Below are positions 28,121 through 36,163 of a stretch of 56,022 bases of DNA, in pieces. The notes under the pieces are model-generated. The model searched no databases. It saw nothing but the letters and a program-made list of their open reading frames with translations, and was not told the DNA's origin. Position 1 is the stretch's first letter. The number at the start of each line of letters is the position of its first letter. Source of the stretch: a virus (taxonomy: Duplodnaviria > Caudoviricetes); IMG/VR virus record IMGVR_UViG_3300018005_000018, positions 1 to 56,022 of that record; one strand, 5' to 3'. Made by a program: the position numbers and the translations under genes.

Positions 28121-28806
28121 TATATTCTGGCGAATACGTTCCTGCGTTGAATCCTAAATAACTTCACTCCATCATTAACCTTCATATGCAACTCATATTG
28201 CATCGGTATATCCGATACTTTCTTTGAGATGATAATATCACCAACCGCAATATCCACTCCCTCATCTGTATGGTCATCCTCAGTGTATCTTCTATTTGGA
28301 TTGCCGAGATATTTGACACGGCTATACACAACATTTGTGATACTGTTTTTTCTAAGCATGACAAACTTCATCCCGATCTTTTCCATACGTGCTTTTTCTG
28401 CTGTTATTGCAGGATCTTCTACAGACTCAGTAAGTACATATCCGTTTATCGGAATTAACCGTCCCTCTCTCACAACAGCATATATCCGGTCATAGGGAAT
28501 AAGAACAAACCGATCTTCACCCTCATACACACACCTGGGGTCTTTTTTATTGAGCGCATTGACTACGCTTAGATAGTAGATGATCACCTTATCACCATAT
28601 CTTAACTCCATATCGCAAAGCCATGGCATCCCGAGATTAGCTTTTCCCGTATATTGCAGATGACTTGGAACGCCATAAACTTCACCTTCCACGGTACAAT
28701 GCATCTCTGGGTTGTAGCTCGTGTCTATGAACAATCCCCTGACCATTGTGTTTTCAGGATCGAGTTTTATCAAGACGAGATTGTTAAGAGTTTTTTTCCT
28801 GTCCAT
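28120..28806 (-). CDS. Tandem GroES-like double-domain protein
   Basis: LNNLVLIK...GEVYGV...LRYGDKV and PINGYVL...VKYLG...IAVGDII repeats; TAATG-coupled start. Confidence 0.7.
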   Translation of the reverse strand: MDRKKTLNNLVLIKLDPENTMVRGLFIDTSYNPEMHCTVEGEVYGVPSHLQYTGKANLGMPWLCDMELRYGDKVIIYYLSVVNALNKKDPRCVYEGEDRFVLIPYDRIYAVVREGRLIPINGYVLTESVEDPAITAEKARMEKIGMKFVMLRKNSITNVVYSRVKYLGNPNRRYTEDDHTDEGVDIAVGDIIISKKVSDIPMQYELHMKVNDGVKLFRIQRRNVFARI

Positions 28807-28982
28807 TAGTCTAACTCTCCTTTCTTCCATCCAATATACCAACAGAACTTAATCCAATGAATAAAAAAAAGCTTAAACCCTTTTTCAATTCTTATATCAA
28901 AATAAGGATATTTCTTCTTTTCATTCATGTCTGTGCAGATATGCATAAACCCGTGCCGTCCTATAAACTTATGCTTTTCCAT
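28806..28982 (-). CDS. Hypothetical protein
   Basis: Short coupled ORF MEKHKF... Confidence 0.45.
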   Translation of the reverse strand: MEKHKFIGRHGFMHICTDMNEKKKYPYFDIRIEKGFKLFFIHWIKFCWYIGWKKGELD

Positions 28983-29286
28983 AATCTTTATTTTTAATAC
29001 ATATCCACTTTCCATCTATCATCTCAAACCTGATCAGTCCTTTTTTCTCCTGAATCTCAAAACGTTTTGCCATGCCTCTCTTATCTTTTCTATTCATGGC
29101 GTTCCATAATTGTAGCTGATTAATACGTAAATTAATCTTCTGACCATTATACTCGATCACAACATAGTCATTAAACATCTGTTCTCCCATAACTCGTATT
29201 GGCTTTTCTTTTGGTGGTTTAGAAACTGGTCGTTCCCAAAATAAGTACTTCACCCATTTAAAAAATTTTATTATCTGCTTATTCAT
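28969..29286 (-). CDS. Hypothetical protein
   Basis: 105-aa ORF heading the packaging gene run. Confidence 0.6.
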   Translation of the reverse strand: MNKQIIKFFKWVKYLFWERPVSKPPKEKPIRVMGEQMFNDYVVIEYNGQKINLRINQLQLWNAMNRKDKRGMAKRFEIQEKKGLIRFEMIDGKWICIKNKDYGKA

Positions 29287-29311
29287 AGTGCAATAAATTT
29301 ATAAAAAATTA

Positions 29312-29512
29312 TCAATCTGGAAATTTCTTTTTATTTTCTCTTCTTGTTGCTGCAGTTGCTCTATTGTCTCGAAAAACCCTAAATGCCACTCTCCCTTTTT
29401 CTATTTTAAAATCCATCTTATGAACAAGGCCACAATCACAACAACATATTTTATATCCTTCCATTATTGGGAATATCCATTCTCCGGCTTCTGGTTCATT
29501 ATATTTTGCCAT
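29312..29512 (-). CDS. Small Cys-rich protein (CCDCGLVH type)
   Basis: GEWIFP...CCCDCGLVH...RDNRAT. Confidence 0.7.
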   Translation of the reverse strand: MAKYNEPEAGEWIFPIMEGYKICCCDCGLVHKMDFKIEKGRVAFRVFRDNRATAATRRENKKKFPD

Positions 29513-29535
29513 AATTATTTTATCAGTTGAGGTAC

Positions 29536-29620
29536 AAAAACCCCATGTACTCGACATGGGGTCGCACTACTATGAAAAACAAGAAAGCAGACCTGTTGGC
29601 AAACAGGCGATTCAAAGATA
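29536..29620 (-). ncRNA. Candidate ~75-nt small RNA: promoter, 5' hairpin, anti-start-codon segment, terminator
   Basis: TATCTTTG 29613-29620; CCTGTT/AACAGG hairpin; GTTTTTCATAGTAG; ACCCCATGT/ACATGGGGT + TTTT. Confidence 0.55.
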
Positions 29621-29647
29621 ATCTATTTTTGCTTCTTGTTTCCATTT

Positions 29648-30163
29648 TTATTCTTCAGGTAAGTTGTCTAAAAAAATTTGTCTTTCTTTTTCGTATTGGA
29701 TTTCTGATTCAGAAAGAGAAATTTCTTTTTCTTCTTCTTTTTCTTTATTTATTTCTTTATCTTCTTCTATTCTTATACTTCCTGCCGTCTGCTTGCCGTC
29801 TGCTTGTGCTTCTGCCTGTACGTCTGCTTGTGAAATTGGATTATAAATATCATATTTACAAAGTGTTAGTATTGTCGTTTTCCATGCCGTTGTGGTTGCC
29901 ACTTGTTGTTCACTTTTTAGTAAGTTAATGAATATCCGCACTTTATGAATTGACCAATTCCATCTCTTTGACAAAAATGAATAACTTACAGGATATTGAC
30001 CTCTTCCCCATTTTATTATTACTCCATCTATTAATTTTTTATTATCTATTGTAAATGATACTAACTGAATTAAATCTATCCATGCTTCTGCTCTACTATA
30101 TTCCCTATTCTCTTTCCAGAAGTTATGATCAAAGAGTTTTCTATTAATGCGAATGAAGGCCAT
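29648..30163 (-). CDS. Phage replisome-organiser-like N-terminal winged-helix protein
   Basis: FIRINRK...EAWIDLI...RGQY...LSKRWNWS...TLCKYDIY. Confidence 0.7.
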   Translation of the reverse strand: MAFIRINRKLFDHNFWKENREYSRAEAWIDLIQLVSFTIDNKKLIDGVIIKWGRGQYPVSYSFLSKRWNWSIHKVRIFINLLKSEQQVATTTAWKTTILTLCKYDIYNPISQADVQAEAQADGKQTAGSIRIEEDKEINKEKEEEKEISLSESEIQYEKERQIFLDNLPEE

Positions 30164-30194
30164 TTAACATTTGTAATTTCAATTATAAAAAAAA

Positions 30195-30377
30195 TTACTC
30201 TATTCCCAATCTTTTAAGTTTAGTCAGTTCTTCAACTGTGAAGAAGTTATCCTTTAATCTTTGAGCAAAAGTCTGCCGAGTAATGCCGAGCTCTGCAGCC
30301 ATCTCTATTTGAGTCTTGCTGTTTCGATTCATCCAGATAAGTACCTTCTCTGATGTTTTTATTATTCTGGTTTCCAT
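30195..30377 (-). CDS. Cro/XRE-family HTH regulator
   Basis: TQIEMAAELGITRQTFAQRL; TATATTTG box at 30438-30445. Confidence 0.8.
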   Translation of the reverse strand: METRIIKTSEKVLIWMNRNSKTQIEMAAELGITRQTFAQRLKDNFFTVEELTKLKRLGIE

Positions 30378-30585
30378 TCGTCAAACTTTACATTTGTTAT
30401 TTCATAGTTCAAAAAATATCCCATTACTGAGATAATGCAAATATAAACTAATTTTTAAATTTCCAAATAAAAATGATCCCCAGCATAGGAAAATTGTTAA
30501 TCAATATAAAATTCTACAAATAGTTGAAAACACTGATAAAAACCTAACCTGTAAATGAAAGAACGCACCGGGGATCAATTGTCAA

Positions 30586-30723
30586 TCAGTAAATATCAGT
30601 TGCCCTTTTTGTTTTTACCGTGGGCTTTCGTCTTCTCTTGTGATGATGGCTATGATGTTCATCATGCCTGATCACCAATGTAATTACGACAATCGTAATC
30701 GCTACAATTAAAAATATTTCCAT
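30586..30723 (-). CDS. 45-aa TM peptide with His-rich and basic tail
   Basis: MEIFLIVAITIVVITLVIRHDEHHSHHHKRRRKPTVKTKRATDIY, TAATG-coupled. Confidence 0.6.
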   Translation of the reverse strand: MEIFLIVAITIVVITLVIRHDEHHSHHHKRRRKPTVKTKRATDIY

Positions 30724-31049
30724 TACACGATGTCTGTAGCCGGAAGGGTTTCAACGATTGGAGGCCCCGTAACTACGTCAGCAGGTGTAATAAGATCAAG
30801 AGTAGCACCTTCAGTTGTTCCTTCACTGTTTGTTGCACTTACCTTGAAAAAATAAGTTGTGTCTGCATCCAAATCAGTGATTGGTGCTTGTGCGGGAATT
30901 GCATCATGTCCTGCAGGCACCACTGCCGGAAGATCCACCTCGATTGGATTTGCCAATAATGGGTCTGTCCCGTATAAGAATTTTACTGTTGTATTCAACC
31001 CATTAGGGTTTACGGATGCGTTTAATGTTGCTCCATGAATTGTTGCCAT
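30723..31049 (-). CDS. FN3-like single-domain protein
   Basis: ATLNASVNPNG...FLYGT...TTYFFKVSATNSEGT; TATCTTTG at 31077-31084 supports ATG 31049. Confidence 0.7.
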   Translation of the reverse strand: MATIHGATLNASVNPNGLNTTVKFLYGTDPLLANPIEVDLPAVVPAGHDAIPAQAPITDLDADTTYFFKVSATNSEGTTEGATLDLITPADVVTGPPIVETLPATDIV

Positions 31050-31120
31050 GACTTTATTTATTTTAAGTTTACTATGCAAAGATATAGATTTTCTAGTCTT
31101 TTTCATTTTTCTAGTTTTTT

Positions 31121-31987
31121 TCATATCTTATTTTTTACACAAAATTGATCAACTCTGTCAAATAGTTCCCTGTCTTCATCACGAAGTCTTAACCACACCC
31201 TGGCCATATAGCCTTTGTCTTTTTTAAGTGTTCCCCATAGATGGGTGTATTTTCGTTTCTCATTATTACCAACTTCCATAGCATCAGGATTGATGACCTT
31301 AACCTGATCGCGCCATCCATGCTTCTTGATGAGACAGGCAAGGAAATACTGTTCATGGAAGAGATTCTGGTGCATGAGCATATCTTTTTCTTTCTCAAAG
31401 AATACTTCCTGATTAGCTGGTGCGAAGATATATTCCGCACTTGTCTTTCGCCATTCTTCGAAGATGCTCAAATCATTGCCACCACATATTCCACAGTTAT
31501 AGGCAAAGTCATCCACAGGGTTGTCGCATATGTCCTGTGGCTTCACCGGAGCCCTGCCCCAACACTTTTTAAGCATGTTATAATACTGATAACCATCGGC
31601 ATCGAAAGGCTCGTGTGACTGAAAGCATAGTTTGGCATTAAGAATACGTGGTGCCAGGGCATCCCAGAGAAACACGTCATTGTCGATATGAACAAACGGC
31701 TTGGTCTGTTCACAGTAAGCAAGTAGTTTGCCGTATGCCCAGAAATGACGATCAACGCTTTTCATCTCATTGAGCTTATCGGAATAGCTTGTGATGGGAA
31801 GTTTTAGTTGAGTGATAACATCGACACCCCAATTGGAAGAAATAAACTGCACCTCCTTAAAATGACGGGAGGCGCAGAGTACTGAGAGTGCTGTGGTAAA
31901 GAGAAAATCGCTATACCTGGTGAATCCACATTTATTGCCGAAGGATTCATCGGGGTTAAAATAGCTGAATACTGCTTTCCTGATCAT
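31121..31987 (-). CDS. DUF6734-like DxD nucleotide-diphospho-sugar transferase
   Basis: FWAYGKL...PFVHIDNDVFLW...YNCGICGG...EQY...YTHLWG. Confidence 0.7.
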   Translation of the reverse strand: MIRKAVFSYFNPDESFGNKCGFTRYSDFLFTTALSVLCASRHFKEVQFISSNWGVDVITQLKLPITSYSDKLNEMKSVDRHFWAYGKLLAYCEQTKPFVHIDNDVFLWDALAPRILNAKLCFQSHEPFDADGYQYYNMLKKCWGRAPVKPQDICDNPVDDFAYNCGICGGNDLSIFEEWRKTSAEYIFAPANQEVFFEKEKDMLMHQNLFHEQYFLACLIKKHGWRDQVKVINPDAMEVGNNEKRKYTHLWGTLKKDKGYMARVWLRLRDEDRELFDRVDQFCVKNKI

Positions 31988-31999
31988 AGTTACGGAGTG

Positions 32000-32233
32000 T
32001 TACAGCCAGTAAACTCCGATTGCACCTACATAACTTGTCCCATAGGGGGCAGAGCCTCCACAGAGTACTGTTTTGGCGGTAGCGAATCTCCACTTCCACT
32101 CATTGAGGTCAATGACTTTTGTTACACAGTTTGCTATACTGTGCCATTGTGCGCCTTCTTTTGGTCCACTGGTCGCATTGATGACCGAGACTCGGGCTTT
32201 AAGGACGATACGTGCTCTTACGTTTGTTGCCAT
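32000..32233 (-). CDS. Small hypothetical protein
   Basis: 77-aa ORF with A-rich leader. Confidence 0.55.
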   Translation of the reverse strand: MATNVRARIVLKARVSVINATSGPKEGAQWHSIANCVTKVIDLNEWKWRFATAKTVLCGGSAPYGTSYVGAIGVYWL

Positions 32234-32276
32234 TTCGTTTAAGAATTAAATTAAAAAACTATGATTAAGAAAAAAA

Positions 32277-32816
32277 TTACAATGTTGTGAAGGATCTTAT
32301 TATCCCGTATTGAGTATTTCCCGTTGCTGATGTCTGCCCAAACACCCGGAAATAATATTTTGTTTTGGTAGTGAGTCCTGCAGCAGCATAAGTAAGTGAC
32401 TTAATAGTTGTCTGTACTCCTGTGGGACTTCCTGTGGCTACAACGGTACTGCCCAGTTCTCTTGTGAGCCCATATTTAAATCCTGCAGTACATAGAGCTC
32501 CTGTGATACGTCCATTAAGGGTCGCAGTAGTCGCAGCAACAGAACTTGCATCATCTGTCTCTATTTTTGGAGGATCGGCTATCTGGAGAGGATCAGCACG
32601 ATAGCCATATAAATAACATTTCATCATATCAGCAAGACGTGTGATCAATTCATCTGCAGGCACCTGGATGAAAGGCAGTCTGACGGCATCGTCAATTACA
32701 TATTTTTTCTGCCCCGATTCTCTTTTGGGGGGTTTTGAAGAATCTTCCGGATCAAGAAGTTCCGTTTCAGTGATGACTGCTTTAAGTTTTACTTTTAAGT
32801 CGTGAATGATTGCCAT
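32277..32816 (-). CDS. Protein with C-terminal FN3-like domain
   Basis: ASSVAATTATLNG...GFKYG...TKYYFRVFG...YG...SFTT; TAACTTTG at 32849-32856. Confidence 0.7.
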   Translation of the reverse strand: MAIIHDLKVKLKAVITETELLDPEDSSKPPKRESGQKKYVIDDAVRLPFIQVPADELITRLADMMKCYLYGYRADPLQIADPPKIETDDASSVAATTATLNGRITGALCTAGFKYGLTRELGSTVVATGSPTGVQTTIKSLTYAAAGLTTKTKYYFRVFGQTSATGNTQYGIIRSFTTL

Positions 32817-32899
32817 GGCATTTAATTTTTAGTTTGATATATCAGCACCAAAGTTATTCTTTACTTTCTAATAAACAAAATTAACACTGAAAGATAAAA

Positions 32900-33163
32900 T
32901 TAATAACTGTCCCCAAACTTTTTCCCCGGTACTTGAATTTTTTGTCTACCCCTTAATATAAACTTTTCATATATTCTTATAACTACACATTCATTAGTTT
33001 CATAATAATGCCTTCCTTTTCTTGTAAACACAGTAACAAGATTCTCATAACCTAATCCACTCTTCTCAGATAATATCCTCCTATTACTACAAGATATCGG
33101 CTCAGATTCTAACCTCCTACCCTCGCTATCTTTTCTGCAATATATATATACCATCCTAGCCAT
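32900..33163 (-). CDS. Hypothetical protein, possibly DNA-binding
   Basis: 87-aa ORF; TATCTTTG at 33192-33199. Confidence 0.55.
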   Translation of the reverse strand: MARMVYIYCRKDSEGRRLESEPISCSNRRILSEKSGLGYENLVTVFTRKGRHYYETNECVVIRIYEKFILRGRQKIQVPGKKFGDSY

Positions 33164-33725
33164 TACAAAAATACATTATGTTAATTAAAAACAAAGATAA
33201 CCATTACAGCTCAGGGAATAGGCTTTCTGTAAAATTATTATAAACAAATTACTAACAGGATATGTGTGTCAGTATCTGCAGCGACTAATCATCTTGCCAG
33301 GCATCGAACCGAAAAGGAAAACGGTTTTAGCGAATCCACCCCCCTGCCATTGCGGTCATGCGCACAATCAGAAGCCCAAAAAAGCACCTTTACAAGCGAT
33401 CAGAACTATTAAAAAGTGGTTCAGAACTCCTAATAAGGGTGGTAAACCGATTCTCAGGAAGAAAAAACCCTCCTTAAATTAGCAAGATATTACCAAAAGC
33501 CTGAAATTCTGCAAAAATGAAAATTATAACATACTGATATTGACTATATTAATTTTCTATTTTACATAATAATAGTTATGGGCTTTTTATTCAACGAGTT
33601 TTTTAGTTTCAAAATGTAATCAATACCATAATATTATGTAAAATTACCAAATAACTATGTTAAAATAGTTTAATTTTGTGGAGTTAAGTCATTTAGGTTT
33701 GAATATTTGATTAAATTACGTATCA

Positions 33726-34307
33726 ATGACAGAAGAATTAGACACAAATGAAGCCAAAAGCCCTTTTTTACCTTCCTCTCCTTCTCTTACTCCTTATTTA
33801 ACTAATCTATATAACTCTTTAGATAGCTTTAATAAGGGTGTGTTTATACAGGTGTTCCGGTTTATCTGGTCATATTTGTTTGGGTGTAATACTTTGATGA
33901 GGCGTTCCGGTGTTCTTTATAACTTCTGGCTTGTTGATTCTATTCGTCTGCGCTTTTCTCTTACCACTTCCGAGCTTTCCGCTCTTTCTTTTCTTTATAA
34001 GGTGTCAAATAAAGGTGTTAATCTGGTGCGTTCTGAATTGTTTTATAATGGTCCGGTTCTTCCGGATTTTCTTGTTGTGTCAAAAATCAATCTTTTGCAC
34101 GATCTTAAACGGGCCGGATATATTACCAGGCATACAAAAGACCCCGGACAACCTTACAGTCAGCACGCACAACATAACAAACAACCGGTATTTATCTGCC
34201 TTACTTCTTCTGGTGTGCGTGTTATCGAAAGCATTGAAAAAGACTTGTACAAGATTCTTTTAAATACTTCTCTTGATGATCTTACTGGTTTAAATAAAAA
34301 AACCTGA
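33726..34307 (+). CDS. MarR-like winged-helix protein
   Basis: LTTSEL...LKRAGYITR...ICLTSSG; TAATTTTG at 33671-33678. Confidence 0.6.
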   Translation: MTEELDTNEAKSPFLPSSPSLTPYLTNLYNSLDSFNKGVFIQVFRFIWSYLFGCNTLMRRSGVLYNFWLVDSIRLRFSLTTSELSALSFLYKVSNKGVNLVRSELFYNGPVLPDFLVVSKINLLHDLKRAGYITRHTKDPGQPYSQHAQHNKQPVFICLTSSGVRVIESIEKDLYKILLNTSLDDLTGLNKKT

Positions 34308-34330
34308 ACTATTTCATTAGGTCAGGTTTT
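34299..34330. terminator. Bidirectional terminator between convergent genes
   Basis: AAAACCTGA / TCAGGTTTT inverted repeat. Confidence 0.7.
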
Positions 34331-34356
34331 AAATATTGCATATTTAGCTGCGTTAA

Positions 34357-34536
34357 CTATCTCATAAACGCGTCAAATCCTGCATTAAATGCAATAGGAT
34401 TATTCCTTCTTAACCATGTCCCATATTTACAATGATCTGGGATTCTTCCCCCGTTGCTTCTCTTGTCATCTTCGGGAATGTCTAATTCATTCAGATATTC
34501 CTCGTATTCTTTTTTATAATTTGTTTTTGCTTTCAT
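34357..34536 (-). CDS. 59-aa hypothetical phage protein
   Basis: MKAKTNYKKEYEEYLN...YGTWLRRNNPIAFNAGF, hand-translated. Confidence 0.7.
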   Translation of the reverse strand: MKAKTNYKKEYEEYLNELDIPEDDKRSNGGRIPDHCKYGTWLRRNNPIAFNAGFDAFMR

Positions 34537-34565
34537 TGTCTTGTGTTTTATTGGTTAATATTCAA

Positions 34566-34799
34566 TTAAATTTCAATGTAGTTTAGATATCCTGCGCTCA
34601 TGCGCTCGACTTGACTCCAGTTTATTTCTGCCTCAATATCTGGCTTGTTTATTGCCCTAATATGCGGAAAGTCTAATAATCTTCCGCATATTTTAGCGGG
34701 GTGCACCTGATTTTTCTTGCCTCTGATAAGAATATATATATCTTTTTCATTAGCTTTTTCAAAGATCAGATCTTTTGCGTCTTGTGTTAAGTCTTGCAT
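34566..34799 (-). CDS. Hypothetical protein
   Basis: MQDLTQD...ICGRLLDFP...INW. Confidence 0.55.
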   Translation of the reverse strand: MQDLTQDAKDLIFEKANEKDIYILIRGKKNQVHPAKICGRLLDFPHIRAINKPDIEAEINWSQVERMSAGYLNYIEI

Positions 34800-34803
34800 G
34801 ATC

Positions 34804-35040
34804 TTACAGATTAATAATGATACATTCCAATTCTGCCTCAAATATTGCCTGCTCTTCTGCATCTTCAGCGCATAGCGGGCACAAATTAACGTCTAAAGGA
34901 TGTATTATCCCTTCTTCAATTAGCATCTCCAATTCTTTCGAGATCGTGAACCAGGTTCCGCAATTTGCGCACTTGGCTTGCTGTCCTTTGAATAATTTAA
35001 TTAATTCGCTGGTCTTTAGTGGTTTTCGTGTGTTTTTCAT
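34804..35040 (-). CDS. Zn-finger hypothetical protein
   Basis: CANCG...CPLC; TAACTTTG at 35064-35071. Confidence 0.6.
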   Translation of the reverse strand: MKNTRKPLKTSELIKLFKGQQAKCANCGTWFTISKELEMLIEEGIIHPLDVNLCPLCAEDAEEQAIFEAELECIIINL

Positions 35041-35063
35041 ATCGTTTATATTAATTAACAGAT

Positions 35064-35177
35064 CAAAGTTAAAATTTAGTTTTCATATTAGCAAATCTTT
35101 TTACATATTTATTTTGCATTATTATATTATTATTTTTGCTTTTTGCTTGTTTATTATATATATAAGGTATAAATTTG
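35064..35177. promoter_or_regulatory. Divergent promoter pair in very AT-rich spacer
   Basis: TAACTTTG (minus, 35064-35071) and TAAATTTG (plus, 35170-35177). Confidence 0.65.
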
Positions 35178-35205
35178 TACTGTTAACCAATTAAAAACAC
35201 ACACA

Positions 35206-35496
35206 ATGAAGACAACAAAAGCAACAGTTAAGAGCTTCATTCGAAGGAATGAAGGTAACCTGTTTATTAACGTTAAATCATCCTTTGATGGTATGACAGA
35301 TTGCTGTGAGCCTTTGCATGATGGATTTGTAAAGGCAAATAAGACTGAAGAATTTTCAGAACGTACTCTTGGAATAGCCGGAGCCTGGTTTGTCGGTCAA
35401 AGTCGTGATTACTTCACGCCTTATAATGTAAATGGTTATAACGGTTATGAGGTGAGTAATAGCTGCGGTCATTTTATTATAGCAGTTAAAAATTAA
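35206..35496 (+). CDS. Hypothetical early-type phage protein
   Basis: KSSFDGMTDC...GAWFVGQSRDYF...VSNSCG. Confidence 0.7.
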   Translation: MKTTKATVKSFIRRNEGNLFINVKSSFDGMTDCCEPLHDGFVKANKTEEFSERTLGIAGAWFVGQSRDYFTPYNVNGYNGYEVSNSCGHFIIAVKN

Positions 35497-35519
35497 TTAA
35501 GCCTTTTAAAAAATACACA

Positions 35520-35975
35520 ATGGAAACTTACAAGAGCAAAATGCCGGAAATAAAACTAATCCTCAAAAAAGGAGAGGTCTTGAAATGCAAGATCAAAGAA
35601 AGCAAGGACGCTGCCGATTTATTTCGGCAGATATGGGATAAAGACAGTTTAGAATTATACGAAAGTTTTATTTGTATTTATCTTAATCGAGCAAACAACA
35701 CAATAGGATGGTTAAAAATAAGTCAAGGGGGACTATCGGGGACAGTCACAGATGTAAGGCTAATTTTAGCAACTGCCTTGGGCTGTGCTGCATCTGGTAT
35801 GATTATGGCACACAATCACCCTTCAGGCAATATTAATCCTTCTGATTCTGATTCTAAAATAACACAAAAGATTAAAGAAGGTGGTAATATTATGGACATT
35901 CAGGTTTTAGATCATATAATATTGTCAGGCGAAAATGAAGACTATTACAGTTTTGCGGATAATGGATTTATTTAA
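35520..35975 (+). CDS. radC: RadC-like JAB-domain protein
   Basis: E...LNRAN...GGLSGTVTD...AHNHPSGNINPSDSD...LDHII. Confidence 0.92.
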   Translation: METYKSKMPEIKLILKKGEVLKCKIKESKDAADLFRQIWDKDSLELYESFICIYLNRANNTIGWLKISQGGLSGTVTDVRLILATALGCAASGMIMAHNHPSGNINPSDSDSKITQKIKEGGNIMDIQVLDHIILSGENEDYYSFADNGFI

Positions 35976-36057
35976 TGTTTTTGCCCGTTGCAAGTCGGGA
36001 CAATACAGAGCACTCCGGCAAATAACCGGAGTAATGTAAACCAAAAACACACGCATT

Positions 36058-36159
36058 ATGAACTACATTTATTTAATTCCGGTTTTATTCGTGGCCTTGT
36101 GCCTCATTATGATTGTTCTTCCCCAAGTTAAACCCTTTTCGTCTGTTAAAAAACTTTAA
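36058..36159 (+). CDS. 33-aa hydrophobic peptide
   Basis: MNYIYLIPVLFVALCLIMIVLPQVKPFSSVKKL, preceded by an AAAAACACAC leader. Confidence 0.5.
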   Translation: MNYIYLIPVLFVALCLIMIVLPQVKPFSSVKKL

Positions 36160-36163
36160 AGTT

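Noticed and set aside
31088-31124. MKKTRK x2 duplication as N-terminus of the FN3 gene
   Set aside because: A promoter box lies downstream of it, so ATG 31049 is the likelier start; short AT-rich duplication
33264-33482. 72-aa plus-strand ORF
   Set aside because: GTG start, no family motif, lies in a probable non-coding switch region
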